From the IMG/VR virus record IMGVR_UViG_3300032268_001078, positions 115,716-179,715 of that record: a stretch of 64,000 nucleotides of DNA; one strand, 5' to 3'. Under the pieces are notes generated by a model. It was not told the origin of the DNA. It did no database searches and saw nothing but the letters and a program-made list of their open reading frames with translations. This DNA comes from a virus. The translations under genes were made by a program, and so were the position numbers. Shown piece by piece: positions 19,088 through 29,247 of the stretch. Positions within the stretch are counted from its first letter, which is position 1, and each line of letters opens with the position of its first letter.

Positions 19088-19762
19088 TTACTTGTATTTC
19101 CAAATATAACCATATGCTGTTTTTTGTCTTCCTGCAGCACAATCGGCTATACTATTTCCTGATTTTTGTAAATGTCTACCTGCTTCTAATGCTGATTGAT
19201 ATTCTTTTATTATGTTTCCTTCTAAATCTAACTGTAATATTGTTTTAGCATGAGGATTGTGAGTTCTATTTGGAGCAAATATCTTCATTGATTTACTTAT
19301 CTTATCTGACCATAATATTTCTCTACCTTTATGTGCTTTACTTATATTAGGTTGTTTTTTATCAGTTCTTGTTTTACTTATTTTTTCTTTTGTTTCATCA
19401 CTCATAGGACCTCTAGGTTTTGATAGTTTTTTACCAAAACCTTCAGGTTTAGGTTTTGATAGTTTTTTTCTTCTTTCTGGATTAGATTTCATTTCTTCCG
19501 TCCAAAACTCAGGACCACTTCCGCCTTTTTTTCTAATATTTACTACATCAAAACCCCATGCTATAAACTGATTTATCCAAAATGTTTCTAATGGTTCCCA
19601 ATCCTCATACTTCAATGAGTCAACTTGATCTATTTCATTATAAATGATATTTTTACCAAATGTTCTTTTATGAGAGTTTTTTCTCCAGTTTCCTTTAGAT
19701 TTACCAATATAAACTTTATATGGGGTATTATCTATATTTTCTACTAAATAAATATATGTCAT
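19088..19762 (-). CDS. GIY-YIG homing endonuclease with NUMOD3/NUMOD1-type DNA-binding repeats
   Basis: YIYLVEN...VYIGKS, LETFWINQF; repeats such as KKLSKP and ETKEKISK; C-terminal ILQLDLEGNIIKEYQSALEA...TAYGYIWKYK. Confidence 0.85.
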   Translation of the reverse strand: MTYIYLVENIDNTPYKVYIGKSKGNWRKNSHKRTFGKNIIYNEIDQVDSLKYEDWEPLETFWINQFIAWGFDVVNIRKKGGSGPEFWTEEMKSNPERRKKLSKPKPEGFGKKLSKPRGPMSDETKEKISKTRTDKKQPNISKAHKGREILWSDKISKSMKIFAPNRTHNPHAKTILQLDLEGNIIKEYQSALEAGRHLQKSGNSIADCAAGRQKTAYGYIWKYK

Positions 19763-19792
19763 CAATAATAAATATTACCAGAAATGAAAAAC

Positions 19793-21154
19793 CTACACAA
19801 AAGATATCAAATCTCCATCATACCATGATTTTACTTCATTATCTTTTTCTAAAATATTTATTGTATTTTGTGTTCTAATAATACTTTCAGCTACATATAT
19901 TCCATGTGCACCAGAAACAGTAATACCACGAGCAGACAATGCATCACCTACAAAATATATATTAGGATATTGTACTAAAGATAGATTTTTATAATCAACT
20001 TTTACTTCAGGCGACAAATATTTTACTTCTGGGATATAAACACCCCAATCATTACTAAATTCAAAAATATCTTTCATATCTAAAATAAAACTTTCAACAT
20101 AATCCCAATATTCACCCATTACTTGTCTTACTTTTTGTAAATCTTGAATTTGATAAGCACTGATATCTTTACCTTCAGATGTTGTTCCTGGTTTTCTTGA
20201 TGGAGAATAATATAATCCTTTACCATCTTTTTGTAATTGATTTACTACATTTCTTGACCATTCAAATGGATTTTCAATTCCTTTGATTTCCATAATAATA
20301 CCAAAATTAGTTAAGTTGTTTCTAAATTCTTCACCTTTTTTAGCATGACCATTGTAAGTAATATCACCATAAGTTTCTTCAACTGCTACATAAGCAGCAT
20401 TATTATTAGTACAAAAACTTCTAATACTTATTTTATCATCTGATTGATATAGTTTAAAATCATAACTAACATCAATTAGTTTTTGAAAGTATTTTTGTGG
20501 TGCTTCAAATCTAACTCCTATTTGTACTGATTTTGGTTCATCAGGTAATTCATAATCCTTTGCTAAGTGTTGAGCAAAATCAATTCCTGATTTACCTACT
20601 GCGAATATTAATTCATCATATGAAATAGGTTCTAATGAATTATCTAATTCAACATATTCATATTTAAAATCAATAAATGTTACTTTTGTTTCCCATTCAA
20701 AATTCACACCTTTATCTACTAAATAACTGTACCAATTTTTAGCAATTTCATGAAGAAAATTTGAACCAATATGCCATACAGGTGACATTCTTAATGTAAA
20801 TTTAGGTTTAATAAAATCAGGTTCTTCTTGTGGATTACTTAAAAATATTTCTTCTGGTTTTGGATGGAATCGTCTAAAGTTTTCAACTACTTCATCCATT
20901 AAAGACAAAGCTTTAGTTTCACCACAGTATTTAGATAACTGACCTCCTTGACTTGTTGATACTACTAATTTTCCATCAGACCATCCACCAGCACCTAACA
21001 TACCTTCCATTACTTCTTCAGGTAAACGATTATGGGGGTCTTTACCCATATCAATAATAGTAATTAAACTACCATCATAACCATTATCTACTAATTTAGT
21101 AGCAGCGTTAATTCCAGCAACACCTGCTCCTACGATAACTATTTTTTTACTCAT
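19793..21154 (-). CDS. FAD-dependent oxidoreductase (COG2509-like), candidate auxiliary metabolic gene
   Basis: IVIVGAGVAG Rossmann motif, GMLGAGGWSDGKL, FAVGKSG, IYFVGDA. Confidence 0.85.
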   Translation of the reverse strand: MSKKIVIVGAGVAGINAATKLVDNGYDGSLITIIDMGKDPHNRLPEEVMEGMLGAGGWSDGKLVVSTSQGGQLSKYCGETKALSLMDEVVENFRRFHPKPEEIFLSNPQEEPDFIKPKFTLRMSPVWHIGSNFLHEIAKNWYSYLVDKGVNFEWETKVTFIDFKYEYVELDNSLEPISYDELIFAVGKSGIDFAQHLAKDYELPDEPKSVQIGVRFEAPQKYFQKLIDVSYDFKLYQSDDKISIRSFCTNNNAAYVAVEETYGDITYNGHAKKGEEFRNNLTNFGIIMEIKGIENPFEWSRNVVNQLQKDGKGLYYSPSRKPGTTSEGKDISAYQIQDLQKVRQVMGEYWDYVESFILDMKDIFEFSNDWGVYIPEVKYLSPEVKVDYKNLSLVQYPNIYFVGDALSARGITVSGAHGIYVAESIIRTQNTINILEKDNEVKSWYDGDLISFV

Positions 21155-21192
21155 AACTTAGATAATATAATAAAATTTGATAGAAAAACCAA

Positions 21193-21420
21193 CTATCCTT
21201 TAAGCCACTTATCTAAAATTGACTGTTGTTTTTGTGAAGCTTGATAGTTTTGTAATTTAATTGTATTTAATACTTTATAAATAAATTCAGTATTAGTATT
21301 AATATCAGCCCAACGTTTAAACCAAAGCCAAGCTTGTTCTCCTTCAGCATAACGCCCACCATTTCTATAAACTAGCGGACTAAAACTTTCTAAAAGTGAT
21401 TTTAAGGAAATATGAGACAT
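21193..21420 (-). CDS. Small hypothetical protein with propeptide-like N-terminus
   Basis: MSHISLKSLLE N-terminus. Confidence 0.55.
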   Translation of the reverse strand: MSHISLKSLLESFSPLVYRNGGRYAEGEQAWLWFKRWADINTNTEFIYKVLNTIKLQNYQASQKQQSILDKWLKG

Positions 21421-21425
21421 CAATA

Positions 21426-22520
21426 CTAAATATTGAAATAGGTTTGATTTTGTAAACCTTTTTCTTTATCCCACAAGAAAGCTTCAGCAGATTTACGAGC
21501 TCCAATGTATCCTTTTTTATGATGCCAACTATCTGTGCCACTTAAGCTACTCATATAACGAACCATTACGCCTTGTAGTTCATTGGTAGTATTAAATTTA
21601 GTTTCTTTTTTATGATGTAAATGACCTAAATGAAATTCTCTATATATAGTTTTAGCCCATTCAATAGGATTTTCTTGAGCCATTATCATTGGTAAATCTG
21701 TTACTTTTTCATTATTACCATGAGTAAGACCAATTAAACATTTACCATATGTGAAATACTTACGTGGACTTGCATTGTTATCTATAGTAACATTTTCATT
21801 ATTATGAAACCATCCTTGTAAACTATCACCTAAATAAAAACTACGCTCATAATCATGGTTACCAGGAATAACTTTAACTGTTACTGGTGCTATTTCTGAT
21901 AATTTTTGAATACCTGTAATTAATAATTCACGGCCTTTTCTAAATGTATTTTGCCATCTAGTATCTTCTTCTTGAGGTGTGCCACTTGTTGTAGCATTAA
22001 AAGGATGAGATCTATCTGAATTGAAGAAATCGTTTGAGATTGGAAATAGTATTTGATCTATATTAAAATTTTTATAGGTTTCAATAAAATAATCAATACA
22101 ATCATTGAAACGTTGTGTTGCAATATTAATATTATAATTTTCTCCAACTTCTTCATGCCAAGCTACTTTTCCAAAATGTAAATCAAAAATATTAATTTCT
22201 AATAGTTTACCAGGTTCAAGACTTGATAAAGTTGATTTTGATTTTACTACAGGAGATAACGATTTTAAATCATCTATAAATTGTTTTCTAATAGCATTTA
22301 AATCTATTTCTACTTGTTTACGATTTAACCATACTTTTACTTGAAATAAAGGTGTAGTTACAATTTTTCCATCTGGTCCTTTTGCACCTACTTCCCAACT
22401 GTTAACTATTTGTTTTTCTATATTCCATTCTTCTAATGAGATATTATGAATATTTAATAGTTGTTCTGTAGTTACAACTCTATTAGTAACCTCAGATGTT
22501 AAAACTTTTTCTATGCTCAT
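21426..22520 (-). CDS. Calcineurin-like metallophosphoesterase
   Basis: DLHFG, NDFF, GNHD, THG and GHLH metal-binding motifs. Confidence 0.85.
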   Translation of the reverse strand: MSIEKVLTSEVTNRVVTTEQLLNIHNISLEEWNIEKQIVNSWEVGAKGPDGKIVTTPLFQVKVWLNRKQVEIDLNAIRKQFIDDLKSLSPVVKSKSTLSSLEPGKLLEINIFDLHFGKVAWHEEVGENYNINIATQRFNDCIDYFIETYKNFNIDQILFPISNDFFNSDRSHPFNATTSGTPQEEDTRWQNTFRKGRELLITGIQKLSEIAPVTVKVIPGNHDYERSFYLGDSLQGWFHNNENVTIDNNASPRKYFTYGKCLIGLTHGNNEKVTDLPMIMAQENPIEWAKTIYREFHLGHLHHKKETKFNTTNELQGVMVRYMSSLSGTDSWHHKKGYIGARKSAEAFLWDKEKGLQNQTYFNI

Positions 22521-22552
22521 AAATTATTTTATATAAATATAATAAAATTTTT

Positions 22553-23587
22553 CTAAAATCCCAATTTTTCCTGGATTTTGTTTAGTACTTCTTCAGTACT
22601 CACTTCATTTTTTATAGGTTTATATTTAATTTCATGTCTTACTTCATTGCCATAAATTCTAGTTATATTGTCTTGAAACTCATGGTTTGGGGGTGTAAAA
22701 TCACTAATCAAAAATACGTGACAGTCACAACTATGTGCTAACCAACTCAAACCACTTGATACACCTATAAAATAAGAAGCTGAAGTTAGTTCGTTTACTC
22801 TGTCTTCTATTGGATAGTCGCCTGTTTTATCGATTATGTTTTTTAAGTTGGTTTTTTCGCGCGAAATCACCACAACTTCATAACCTTTTTCGACGAGGGT
22901 ATCAATAATTTTTTGCCAATCACCGTGCCACATTTTCATATCTAAACTAGCAAATTCACTTATGCAAATTTTGTTAGATTGTTTTTCTAAATTTGGTTTT
23001 TTCACATTAGCTTTTAAATGAACTCTGTCTAAACCTAAAATATCAGCTGCTATAAATGGAAGTGGTTCAGTAATATAAGAAGAAGGTTGATAAATTGGTT
23101 CATTTTTATCATGAGTTCCAACATAGTATTGAGCATACACATTATCTATTCTTGTATTAGGTTGAACAAACATAATATCTGGATAAGTTTCTATAAATAA
23201 ATTATTCCAAAAAGTTGAGCAAATTATTTTAGCTCCACTTGCTTGTCTAAGTGCTTCAATATATGGAATCCATGCTAAGTTATCACCTAAAGCATAAGCA
23301 TCTATTTTTATAAATACTACTTTATCTTTACAATTATAAACATCAGTATGAATTATTTCATTATTATTTTTAATAATTTCTACTTTCCAAAGTACTAAAT
23401 ACTGTACAGGACCACAAAACGGAACACCAGGAGTTATAGGCAATTCCATAAATCGATTTAATAAAGTATTAGTAAGTCTAACAGAATAAGTGTGTTGTAA
23501 TTCTTCTTCAGAATCAATTGTTAAAAGTACTTCAGGTGAACCTTGTTGAATAGGTAAATGTGTAATGTATTTTATAGAATATTTCAC
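22553..23587 (-). CDS. GT9-like glycosyltransferase resembling autotransporter O-heptosyltransferases (AAH/TibC family)
   Basis: ALGDNLAWIPY, ICSTFWNNLF...YP, FIGVSSGLSWLAH, FLISDFT; GTG start. Confidence 0.7.
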   Translation of the reverse strand: MKYSIKYITHLPIQQGSPEVLLTIDSEEELQHTYSVRLTNTLLNRFMELPITPGVPFCGPVQYLVLWKVEIIKNNNEIIHTDVYNCKDKVVFIKIDAYALGDNLAWIPYIEALRQASGAKIICSTFWNNLFIETYPDIMFVQPNTRIDNVYAQYYVGTHDKNEPIYQPSSYITEPLPFIAADILGLDRVHLKANVKKPNLEKQSNKICISEFASLDMKMWHGDWQKIIDTLVEKGYEVVVISREKTNLKNIIDKTGDYPIEDRVNELTSASYFIGVSSGLSWLAHSCDCHVFLISDFTPPNHEFQDNITRIYGNEVRHEIKYKPIKNEVSTEEVLNKIQEKLGF

Positions 23588-23621
23588 CCTATTAATATAA
23601 TAAAACCTTTAATAAAAACAA

Positions 23622-24119
23622 TTATGAAGGAATTCTTATGTAAGATCCTGATATTCTATAACCACTTCCAGTAAATGAAGCTGCTATATTATAATAGGCT
23701 CCACCTAAACTTACAGACATAGTAACTCCGGGAGCTCCACTTAAACGTTTTTGATAAATGTCTGTTATAAATTCATTTCCTCCACCATTATATGTTCCTA
23801 TAAAATACGAAGAACCACCTACAATAGATGAATTAAGTATTGATCCTGATGTAGCTGTCCAACTTAATTGATAATGAACAGGGGCATTAGTTGATGTATC
23901 AGTTGCAGGAATTTGTAAGAATATTGTATTTGAAGGGTTACTACCAAAACTATAATTAAAAGTTGTTGGTAAGGATGAGGTTAAGTTAGTATTATTAACA
24001 ATTAATGAACCAGTTATATTAACATTTCCATCTATTAAAGTACTACCTGTTATTTGTAGAGCGTATCCATTACTACTCCCACTGTCTTGTATTTCTATTC
24101 CAAAATCAAATGTTGACAT
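23622..24119 (-). CDS. Small fibre-associated structural protein
   Basis: ITGSTLIDGNVNITGSL trimer-type motif shared with the fibre genes; coupled to the upstream fibre gene. Confidence 0.5.
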   Translation of the reverse strand: MSTFDFGIEIQDSGSSNGYALQITGSTLIDGNVNITGSLIVNNTNLTSSLPTTFNYSFGSNPSNTIFLQIPATDTSTNAPVHYQLSWTATSGSILNSSIVGGSSYFIGTYNGGGNEFITDIYQKRLSGAPGVTMSVSLGGAYYNIAASFTGSGYRISGSYIRIPS

Positions 24120-24120
24120 G

Positions 24121-25977
24121 TTATTTTCTTATCATTAAAGTTGTACCGTTTGCATAAACTCCTCCCACAGGAACACCATTAGTTGCAGCGTGCGCACTAC
24201 TACTATAATTCATATTAACCACTTGAGGCAGTACTATTGTACCATCATTTTGACTACCTCCATTTACTTTAGTTATTACTACTTCAAATAAATTAGTTCT
24301 AGGGCCTGATATATTTCCAGCTCCTACAATAAATGGTCTATAACCAACTGTATTATATGTGGTTGTTTGTTCTATATTTCCATGTCCTACTACAAATTGA
24401 GCAGTAGCTGAGGCTATAGTTTGATAACCACTAGTATGTGAATACTCTGATTTTGTTGTTGTTTTGTAACCTTCAGTGTGTGATGCTTGTCCTATAGTTG
24501 TTGTTAACCAGCCTTCAGCGTGTGAATATTGTCCAGAAGCGGTAACATATATACCTTCAGCATGTGAATAAAGTCCTGATGCTAATGTATAATATCCTTC
24601 AGCGTGAGCTCCTTCAGCTTTAGTTGTAGTAAATCCACCTTCAGTATGTGAAAATTGACCTATAGCTTTAGTTGCTCCTCCTTCAGCGTGACTATCTGGA
24701 CTTACAGCTGAAGATGAATTTCCTTCAGCATGAGAATAATCTCCTATAGTTATGGTGTAAAATCCTTCACTATGAGACGATATACCTAAAGCTGTAGTAC
24801 TTAATCCTTCAGCATGTGAATAATTACCCTTAGCTGTTGAAGATCCTCCTTCAGCGTGACTGTAAAGTCCAGAAGCTGATACTGTATTTCCATTAGCAAA
24901 TGAATAACTACCAACTGCTATAGAAGCTAAACCAAATGCAACTGATGATAATGATGAACTATTATTACTAGCTCCTATATTAACTGAAGATGTAGTTGAA
25001 TTACCAACAGATGTTACAGATTGTAAATTTTGATTAGTACTGTTTGCTAAATTTAAAGTTCCAGCTGTTTGATTATAACCATTAAAGAATGTAACAGTAT
25101 TACTTGATATAGAAGCAGATGCAAAATTTCCACTTGCTGTACCTCGTAAAGATCCTGTTGCTCCTGCTAAAAATACTGCTGAACCACTAAAATAACTTGT
25201 ATAAGTAGATGTATTACTATTATAACCACGTGTTCCACCAAATATAGCGTAAGGTACTGTATCAAAGGTTGTTTTACGAATAGTAAGAAGTGATGTTGCT
25301 GGTATTGTACTTGAACTTAAAACAAAATGCATAGTTGGAGCATCTTGTCCGCTAGGCTCAAATGCTACTATATTACCATTTCCAAAAGCATAATTTAATG
25401 CTAAAAATTGTTGGTTAGTTCCTACTCCAGGTTCCTCTCCTCTAAATACTTTTATTCCACCTAAAAAACCATCAAGACTTTCACTTGCTACTATTTGTAA
25501 ATTTCCATCAATATTAGTTGTAGAACCACTAAATCTTACATCATTATAAAAAGTAGTAGGCAAATAAAAACTAGCTGTTTGAGGATCAGATCCATTACTA
25601 CTAGTTACTGAAAAACTACCTGTAAATTGAAAAAATCCACCTCTTCCAACAGATTCACTTAGAATAGTAAATGAATTAGTAACATAATTTGAATAAGTAG
25701 CAAATAATGAATAATTAGTTACATTAGAAGCACTTAAAGCATAACTTGCTGTTTTAGCATTCATAGCATATGAAGCTGTAAATTTACCTAAGTCTTTAAT
25801 TTCAATTCCACCACCATTAGATCTTGATAAAATTAAACTATTACTTTGAAAATAATGTGTTGTATAACTAACACTTTGTGATTGTAAAGCAGCGTACTGT
25901 ATATTATTGTCACCTTCTGTAAAAGTAAGAGGTGATCCTTTGACGTTTCTTAATACTAATGAACCTAAATCTGGCAT
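24121..25977 (-). CDS. Tail fibre/adhesin with YadA-head-like 14-residue repeats
   Basis: Eleven (S/A)H(A/S/T)(E/S)G repeats at a 14-aa period plus one degenerate copy; Ser/Thr/Gly-rich. Confidence 0.8.
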   Translation of the reverse strand: MPDLGSLVLRNVKGSPLTFTEGDNNIQYAALQSQSVSYTTHYFQSNSLILSRSNGGGIEIKDLGKFTASYAMNAKTASYALSASNVTNYSLFATYSNYVTNSFTILSESVGRGGFFQFTGSFSVTSSNGSDPQTASFYLPTTFYNDVRFSGSTTNIDGNLQIVASESLDGFLGGIKVFRGEEPGVGTNQQFLALNYAFGNGNIVAFEPSGQDAPTMHFVLSSSTIPATSLLTIRKTTFDTVPYAIFGGTRGYNSNTSTYTSYFSGSAVFLAGATGSLRGTASGNFASASISSNTVTFFNGYNQTAGTLNLANSTNQNLQSVTSVGNSTTSSVNIGASNNSSSLSSVAFGLASIAVGSYSFANGNTVSASGLYSHAEGGSSTAKGNYSHAEGLSTTALGISSHSEGFYTITIGDYSHAEGNSSSAVSPDSHAEGGATKAIGQFSHTEGGFTTTKAEGAHAEGYYTLASGLYSHAEGIYVTASGQYSHAEGWLTTTIGQASHTEGYKTTTKSEYSHTSGYQTIASATAQFVVGHGNIEQTTTYNTVGYRPFIVGAGNISGPRTNLFEVVITKVNGGSQNDGTIVLPQVVNMNYSSSAHAATNGVPVGGVYANGTTLMIRK

Positions 25978-26007
25978 AGTTTGTTATTTGTTATAAATAT
26001 ATTAATA

Positions 26008-26328
26008 TTATTTTTCTCTTATTAATAACTCTCCTAACACCTCTAAACGTCCAACTTCTCGTTGAAATTCAATTGGTGTCATATTTAATGATATTTTTTT
26101 TAATGTTTGTTCAAATTCCTTTTCAGCAACTTCTTTATTAAATTTGCTTTCAGTAGCTTTTTTATAGTAAGGAGCTTTAACTTTAAAGTGATGCCATGTT
26201 AATAAAGCTAAACCACCTTTTTCTTTAGCATTTGAAGCTATTTTAGCAGCACCTTCACCACGTTTTTTGGCAAACTCTTCAAAAGTTTCTTTCTTTATTT
26301 CTAATAATAATTTTATCAAGTTTATCAT
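26008..26328 (-). CDS. Basic putative internal head protein
   Basis: MINLIKLLLE propeptide-like N-terminus. Confidence 0.5.
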   Translation of the reverse strand: MINLIKLLLEIKKETFEEFAKKRGEGAAKIASNAKEKGGLALLTWHHFKVKAPYYKKATESKFNKEVAEKEFEQTLKKISLNMTPIEFQREVGRLEVLGELLIREK

Positions 26329-27212
26329 TATCTACCTACAAGAAGAGATGTTTTAGTGCTATCAGGTTGGCCAGACATATCTGGATTATAATTTGGATTT
26401 CTTTGTTTATATCCTACTAACGGCGTTGAACGTCCTGAACTATCAATAACCTTAATTGTTATTTGTCTGTTTTTAATAGTAGGAAGTAATTTTTTCAAAA
26501 ATTCAACAAAGTCTCTTCTATCAGGGAATAATTCAGCTATGTCTCTTTCTTCAGAGTTTTTATTAACATTATATAAATAGTATCCTGATTTTAATTCAAT
26601 AGGACCCTTAACCTTTTGAGAGTATTTTAATTCAACATATGGTTTTAAGAATCTAAATACAGATACTTTGTATGTTGTAGATTTTTCTATTTTAGTACCG
26701 TCTTCTTGATCATATATTTTAGTTCTTGTTATATAGACATTATTATATCTGTCTTTCTCATCTACTTTAATTTTCTTAAATATTAAATCTTTATCTGCAC
26801 CTGTAGTTAAATCACCAAATTCTGAAGTGTCTCCAAGATCAAAAACATTGTCATTTGGTTCAACTTCTGGTGTTGTTACTTTTTTAGTTACATCACCCCT
26901 TAATGGAATTAAAATTCCTGCTTGTTTTAAGTCAGGAATAAAAGCTCTATTAATAGCTTGTCTACTAGTATAACCAAAAACAGTCATTAAATCAGTAGAC
27001 GTTAAAAAATCTTTATATTGAAGTTTTTCTAAACCTGATTTTAGTGTTTTATATCCTCTAGATGAGTTGTATTGATGAGTATTTTGAAAGTTAGTTGCTT
27101 TTGTTTCCCAATCATCTGCCAAAGTAAACATTTCTGTCATTCTAGGCATTTCTTCTAGATTGCGTCTTACAGCTTCATTTAGTACTTTTACTATAAATTT
27201 TTTAATATCCAT
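26328..27212 (-). CDS. Hypothetical putative internal head protein
   Basis: MDIKKFIVKVLNE...NLEE N-terminus; degenerate FDLGD motif. Confidence 0.5.
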   Translation of the reverse strand: MDIKKFIVKVLNEAVRRNLEEMPRMTEMFTLADDWETKATNFQNTHQYNSSRGYKTLKSGLEKLQYKDFLTSTDLMTVFGYTSRQAINRAFIPDLKQAGILIPLRGDVTKKVTTPEVEPNDNVFDLGDTSEFGDLTTGADKDLIFKKIKVDEKDRYNNVYITRTKIYDQEDGTKIEKSTTYKVSVFRFLKPYVELKYSQKVKGPIELKSGYYLYNVNKNSEERDIAELFPDRRDFVEFLKKLLPTIKNRQITIKVIDSSGRSTPLVGYKQRNPNYNPDMSGQPDSTKTSLLVGR

Positions 27213-27223
27213 ATTATTAATTA

Positions 27224-27757
27224 TTATTGTGTTGGAGTTTCTTCACCTGCTGAAAAAGGATTACCTCCTTCTTCTTCTCCACTTAACGGTTCAGGAGATG
27301 AATTTGATATATTTTCGCTTGTATCACCAGATGGTTCATTTCCTAACGGAGATCCCATTGCTAATAGTCTTGCTATTGCATCTATTGCTCTTCCTCTTTC
27401 ACCAACATTTAAAAGATAGTATTTTTTACCACTTACTTTAGCCATCCAAGTTCTTCCCATGTATATCATATAGAAATACTGATTGTTATGTAGAATTATT
27501 TTAAATGTTGTAGGAATAGGAGCAATAATATATATTCCTGTTATGTATTCTAAAAAATTATCTGTTAATAATGTTTCTAGAGTTTCTTTTAGAGTAGGAT
27601 AATAATAAAGAATATATCCTATTGGATCATCTTCAAATGTTGGTGTTGGTAATATTTCATCTATTGTATTATCAAATGATTCTTCACCCTGATTCCGTTC
27701 TTGTTGGAATTTCTCAAATTCTTGAGCAAAAATCTTTTTGAATGTTTCTAAATTCAT
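27224..27757 (-). CDS. Hypothetical protein
   Basis: 177-aa ORF, TAATG-coupled to the upstream gene. Confidence 0.6.
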   Translation of the reverse strand: MNLETFKKIFAQEFEKFQQERNQGEESFDNTIDEILPTPTFEDDPIGYILYYYPTLKETLETLLTDNFLEYITGIYIIAPIPTTFKIILHNNQYFYMIYMGRTWMAKVSGKKYYLLNVGERGRAIDAIARLLAMGSPLGNEPSGDTSENISNSSPEPLSGEEEGGNPFSAGEETPTQ

Positions 27758-28227
27758 TAGTATCCTGGATCTTCTTGACCGCCTGTAATAATATTTTTAG
27801 GATTTTTGTTTATTTTTTGATTATTAACTTCTTCACCATAAAGATAACCATAAACTGATTGTAAATAGTCTTCAGCTTTAGTTAATTTAGCTTGAACCCA
27901 TGCATCTAATTGTTCTTCTTGATCAATCATGTCACATAACCCTGTAGATAATCGTTTAATATTAGAAAGTTGACTGTAAGCCATATCAGCTTCATCATCT
28001 TTTTGCATCCAATCGTCTTCATATAATTTTTCTTCTAAATCAGTAGCATCATGGTGCATTTTAACAGGTTGTTCATCCATGTTTTTAGCAATAGCCATCC
28101 CACGTTTTTTTTCATACGGTGATATTATATCATCCTTGTTTAAGTCTGATTTTTGTCTATTGAATGGAACTGCTTCATTCATTGCTTGTTTTAAGCGCCA
28201 TTCGTGTATATCAAAATTATCCTTCAT
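27757..28227 (-). CDS. Putative internal head protein (MAYSQL...LDAWVQAKLTKAEDYL family)
   Basis: Motif recalled from T4-like phage hypotheticals; MKDNFDIHEW N-terminus. Confidence 0.55.
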   Translation of the reverse strand: MKDNFDIHEWRLKQAMNEAVPFNRQKSDLNKDDIISPYEKKRGMAIAKNMDEQPVKMHHDATDLEEKLYEDDWMQKDDEADMAYSQLSNIKRLSTGLCDMIDQEEQLDAWVQAKLTKAEDYLQSVYGYLYGEEVNNQKINKNPKNIITGGQEDPGY

Positions 28228-28858
28228 TTGCGAATTCTGTTAAAGAGTTATGTAATTTTACTTTTGTGAATTGGTGAGATATTTTTTCTACTGCTTGTTT
28301 TAGTTTTTCTTTACTGTATTTTGAGTTTTTATCTAATGGGAATTCGATATTAACTGCGTCTTTAGAGTAATAAACCAAAGGTAGTTTTTGTTTTTTCAAT
28401 GTATTTAATGCTTTATCACGTAATTGTTCAGTATCAAATACTAAACCTATATTTAACTCAGCTTCTGTTGATTTTGTTTTATCTTTTTTTTCGTCTTTTT
28501 CAAAAATACCAGCTAATTCTTGCATTCTTTTAATTTCATTTGCTGAACCAGCAGGTAAACCTTCACCAGATGCGCGACCGGGTTGGCTATTATTATAATT
28601 ATTCCAAACTGAATCAATACTCATCTCAAAATCTTCTTCAGGCCCCAGATCAAATTCTTCTGGTTCTATTAAACCAATATGAAATTTTTCTAAGTATGGT
28701 TCTACTTGTCCACTTGCCATAAATTCAGTTACTTCATCTGCATCTCCATCAAAATACTGAACTAAGTCCTCATAAAGATTATCAAAATCCTCATCAGTCC
28801 ATTTCATGATAATATTCTTATCACGATATTTGAAGAATATTCTGTCTAAATCGTTCAT
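28217..28858 (-). CDS. Hypothetical acidic protein
   Basis: EEFDLGPEEDFEM motif related to the 54-58 kb repeats; RMQELAGI motif shared with the scaffold. Confidence 0.55.
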   Translation of the reverse strand: MNDLDRIFFKYRDKNIIMKWTDEDFDNLYEDLVQYFDGDADEVTEFMASGQVEPYLEKFHIGLIEPEEFDLGPEEDFEMSIDSVWNNYNNSQPGRASGEGLPAGSANEIKRMQELAGIFEKDEKKDKTKSTEAELNIGLVFDTEQLRDKALNTLKKQKLPLVYYSKDAVNIEFPLDKNSKYSKEKLKQAVEKISHQFTKVKLHNSLTEFANEG

Positions 28859-28860
28859 AA

Positions 28861-29226
28861 TTACTTATTTGTATCAATAAGTTTAGTAACGTCTTGATAG
28901 ATTTTTCTCATATTATTATGCATTTTTTCAATTTCTTTTAACATGTCATCATGAGTTTCAGGAGTCATACTTTCATATGTTGATTTTACTTGACTATGCA
29001 TTTCTTCAAGTTCACTAAGCATAGCATTATGTTGAATTCCAATTTCATAAGCTTTAGCAATTTCTTCTAATTCAGCTTTTGCTAATTTTCCATCATATTC
29101 ATATAAACCTTTAAAGTATTCTTTAATTTGTTTACGATTACAGCCTACTTTAGCACCTTTTTTACCGTCTTTCTTTTTGTAAATGCATTTAGCATCATCG
29201 CCTGTACCAGTAATATATTTTCCCAT
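28861..29226 (-). CDS. Hypothetical protein
   Basis: 121-aa ORF preceded by ATATTTAT (29241-29248). Confidence 0.6.
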   Translation of the reverse strand: MGKYITGTGDDAKCIYKKKDGKKGAKVGCNRKQIKEYFKGLYEYDGKLAKAELEEIAKAYEIGIQHNAMLSELEEMHSQVKSTYESMTPETHDDMLKEIEKMHNNMRKIYQDVTKLIDTNK

Positions 29227-29247
29227 AATTATTATTTGTAATAAATA

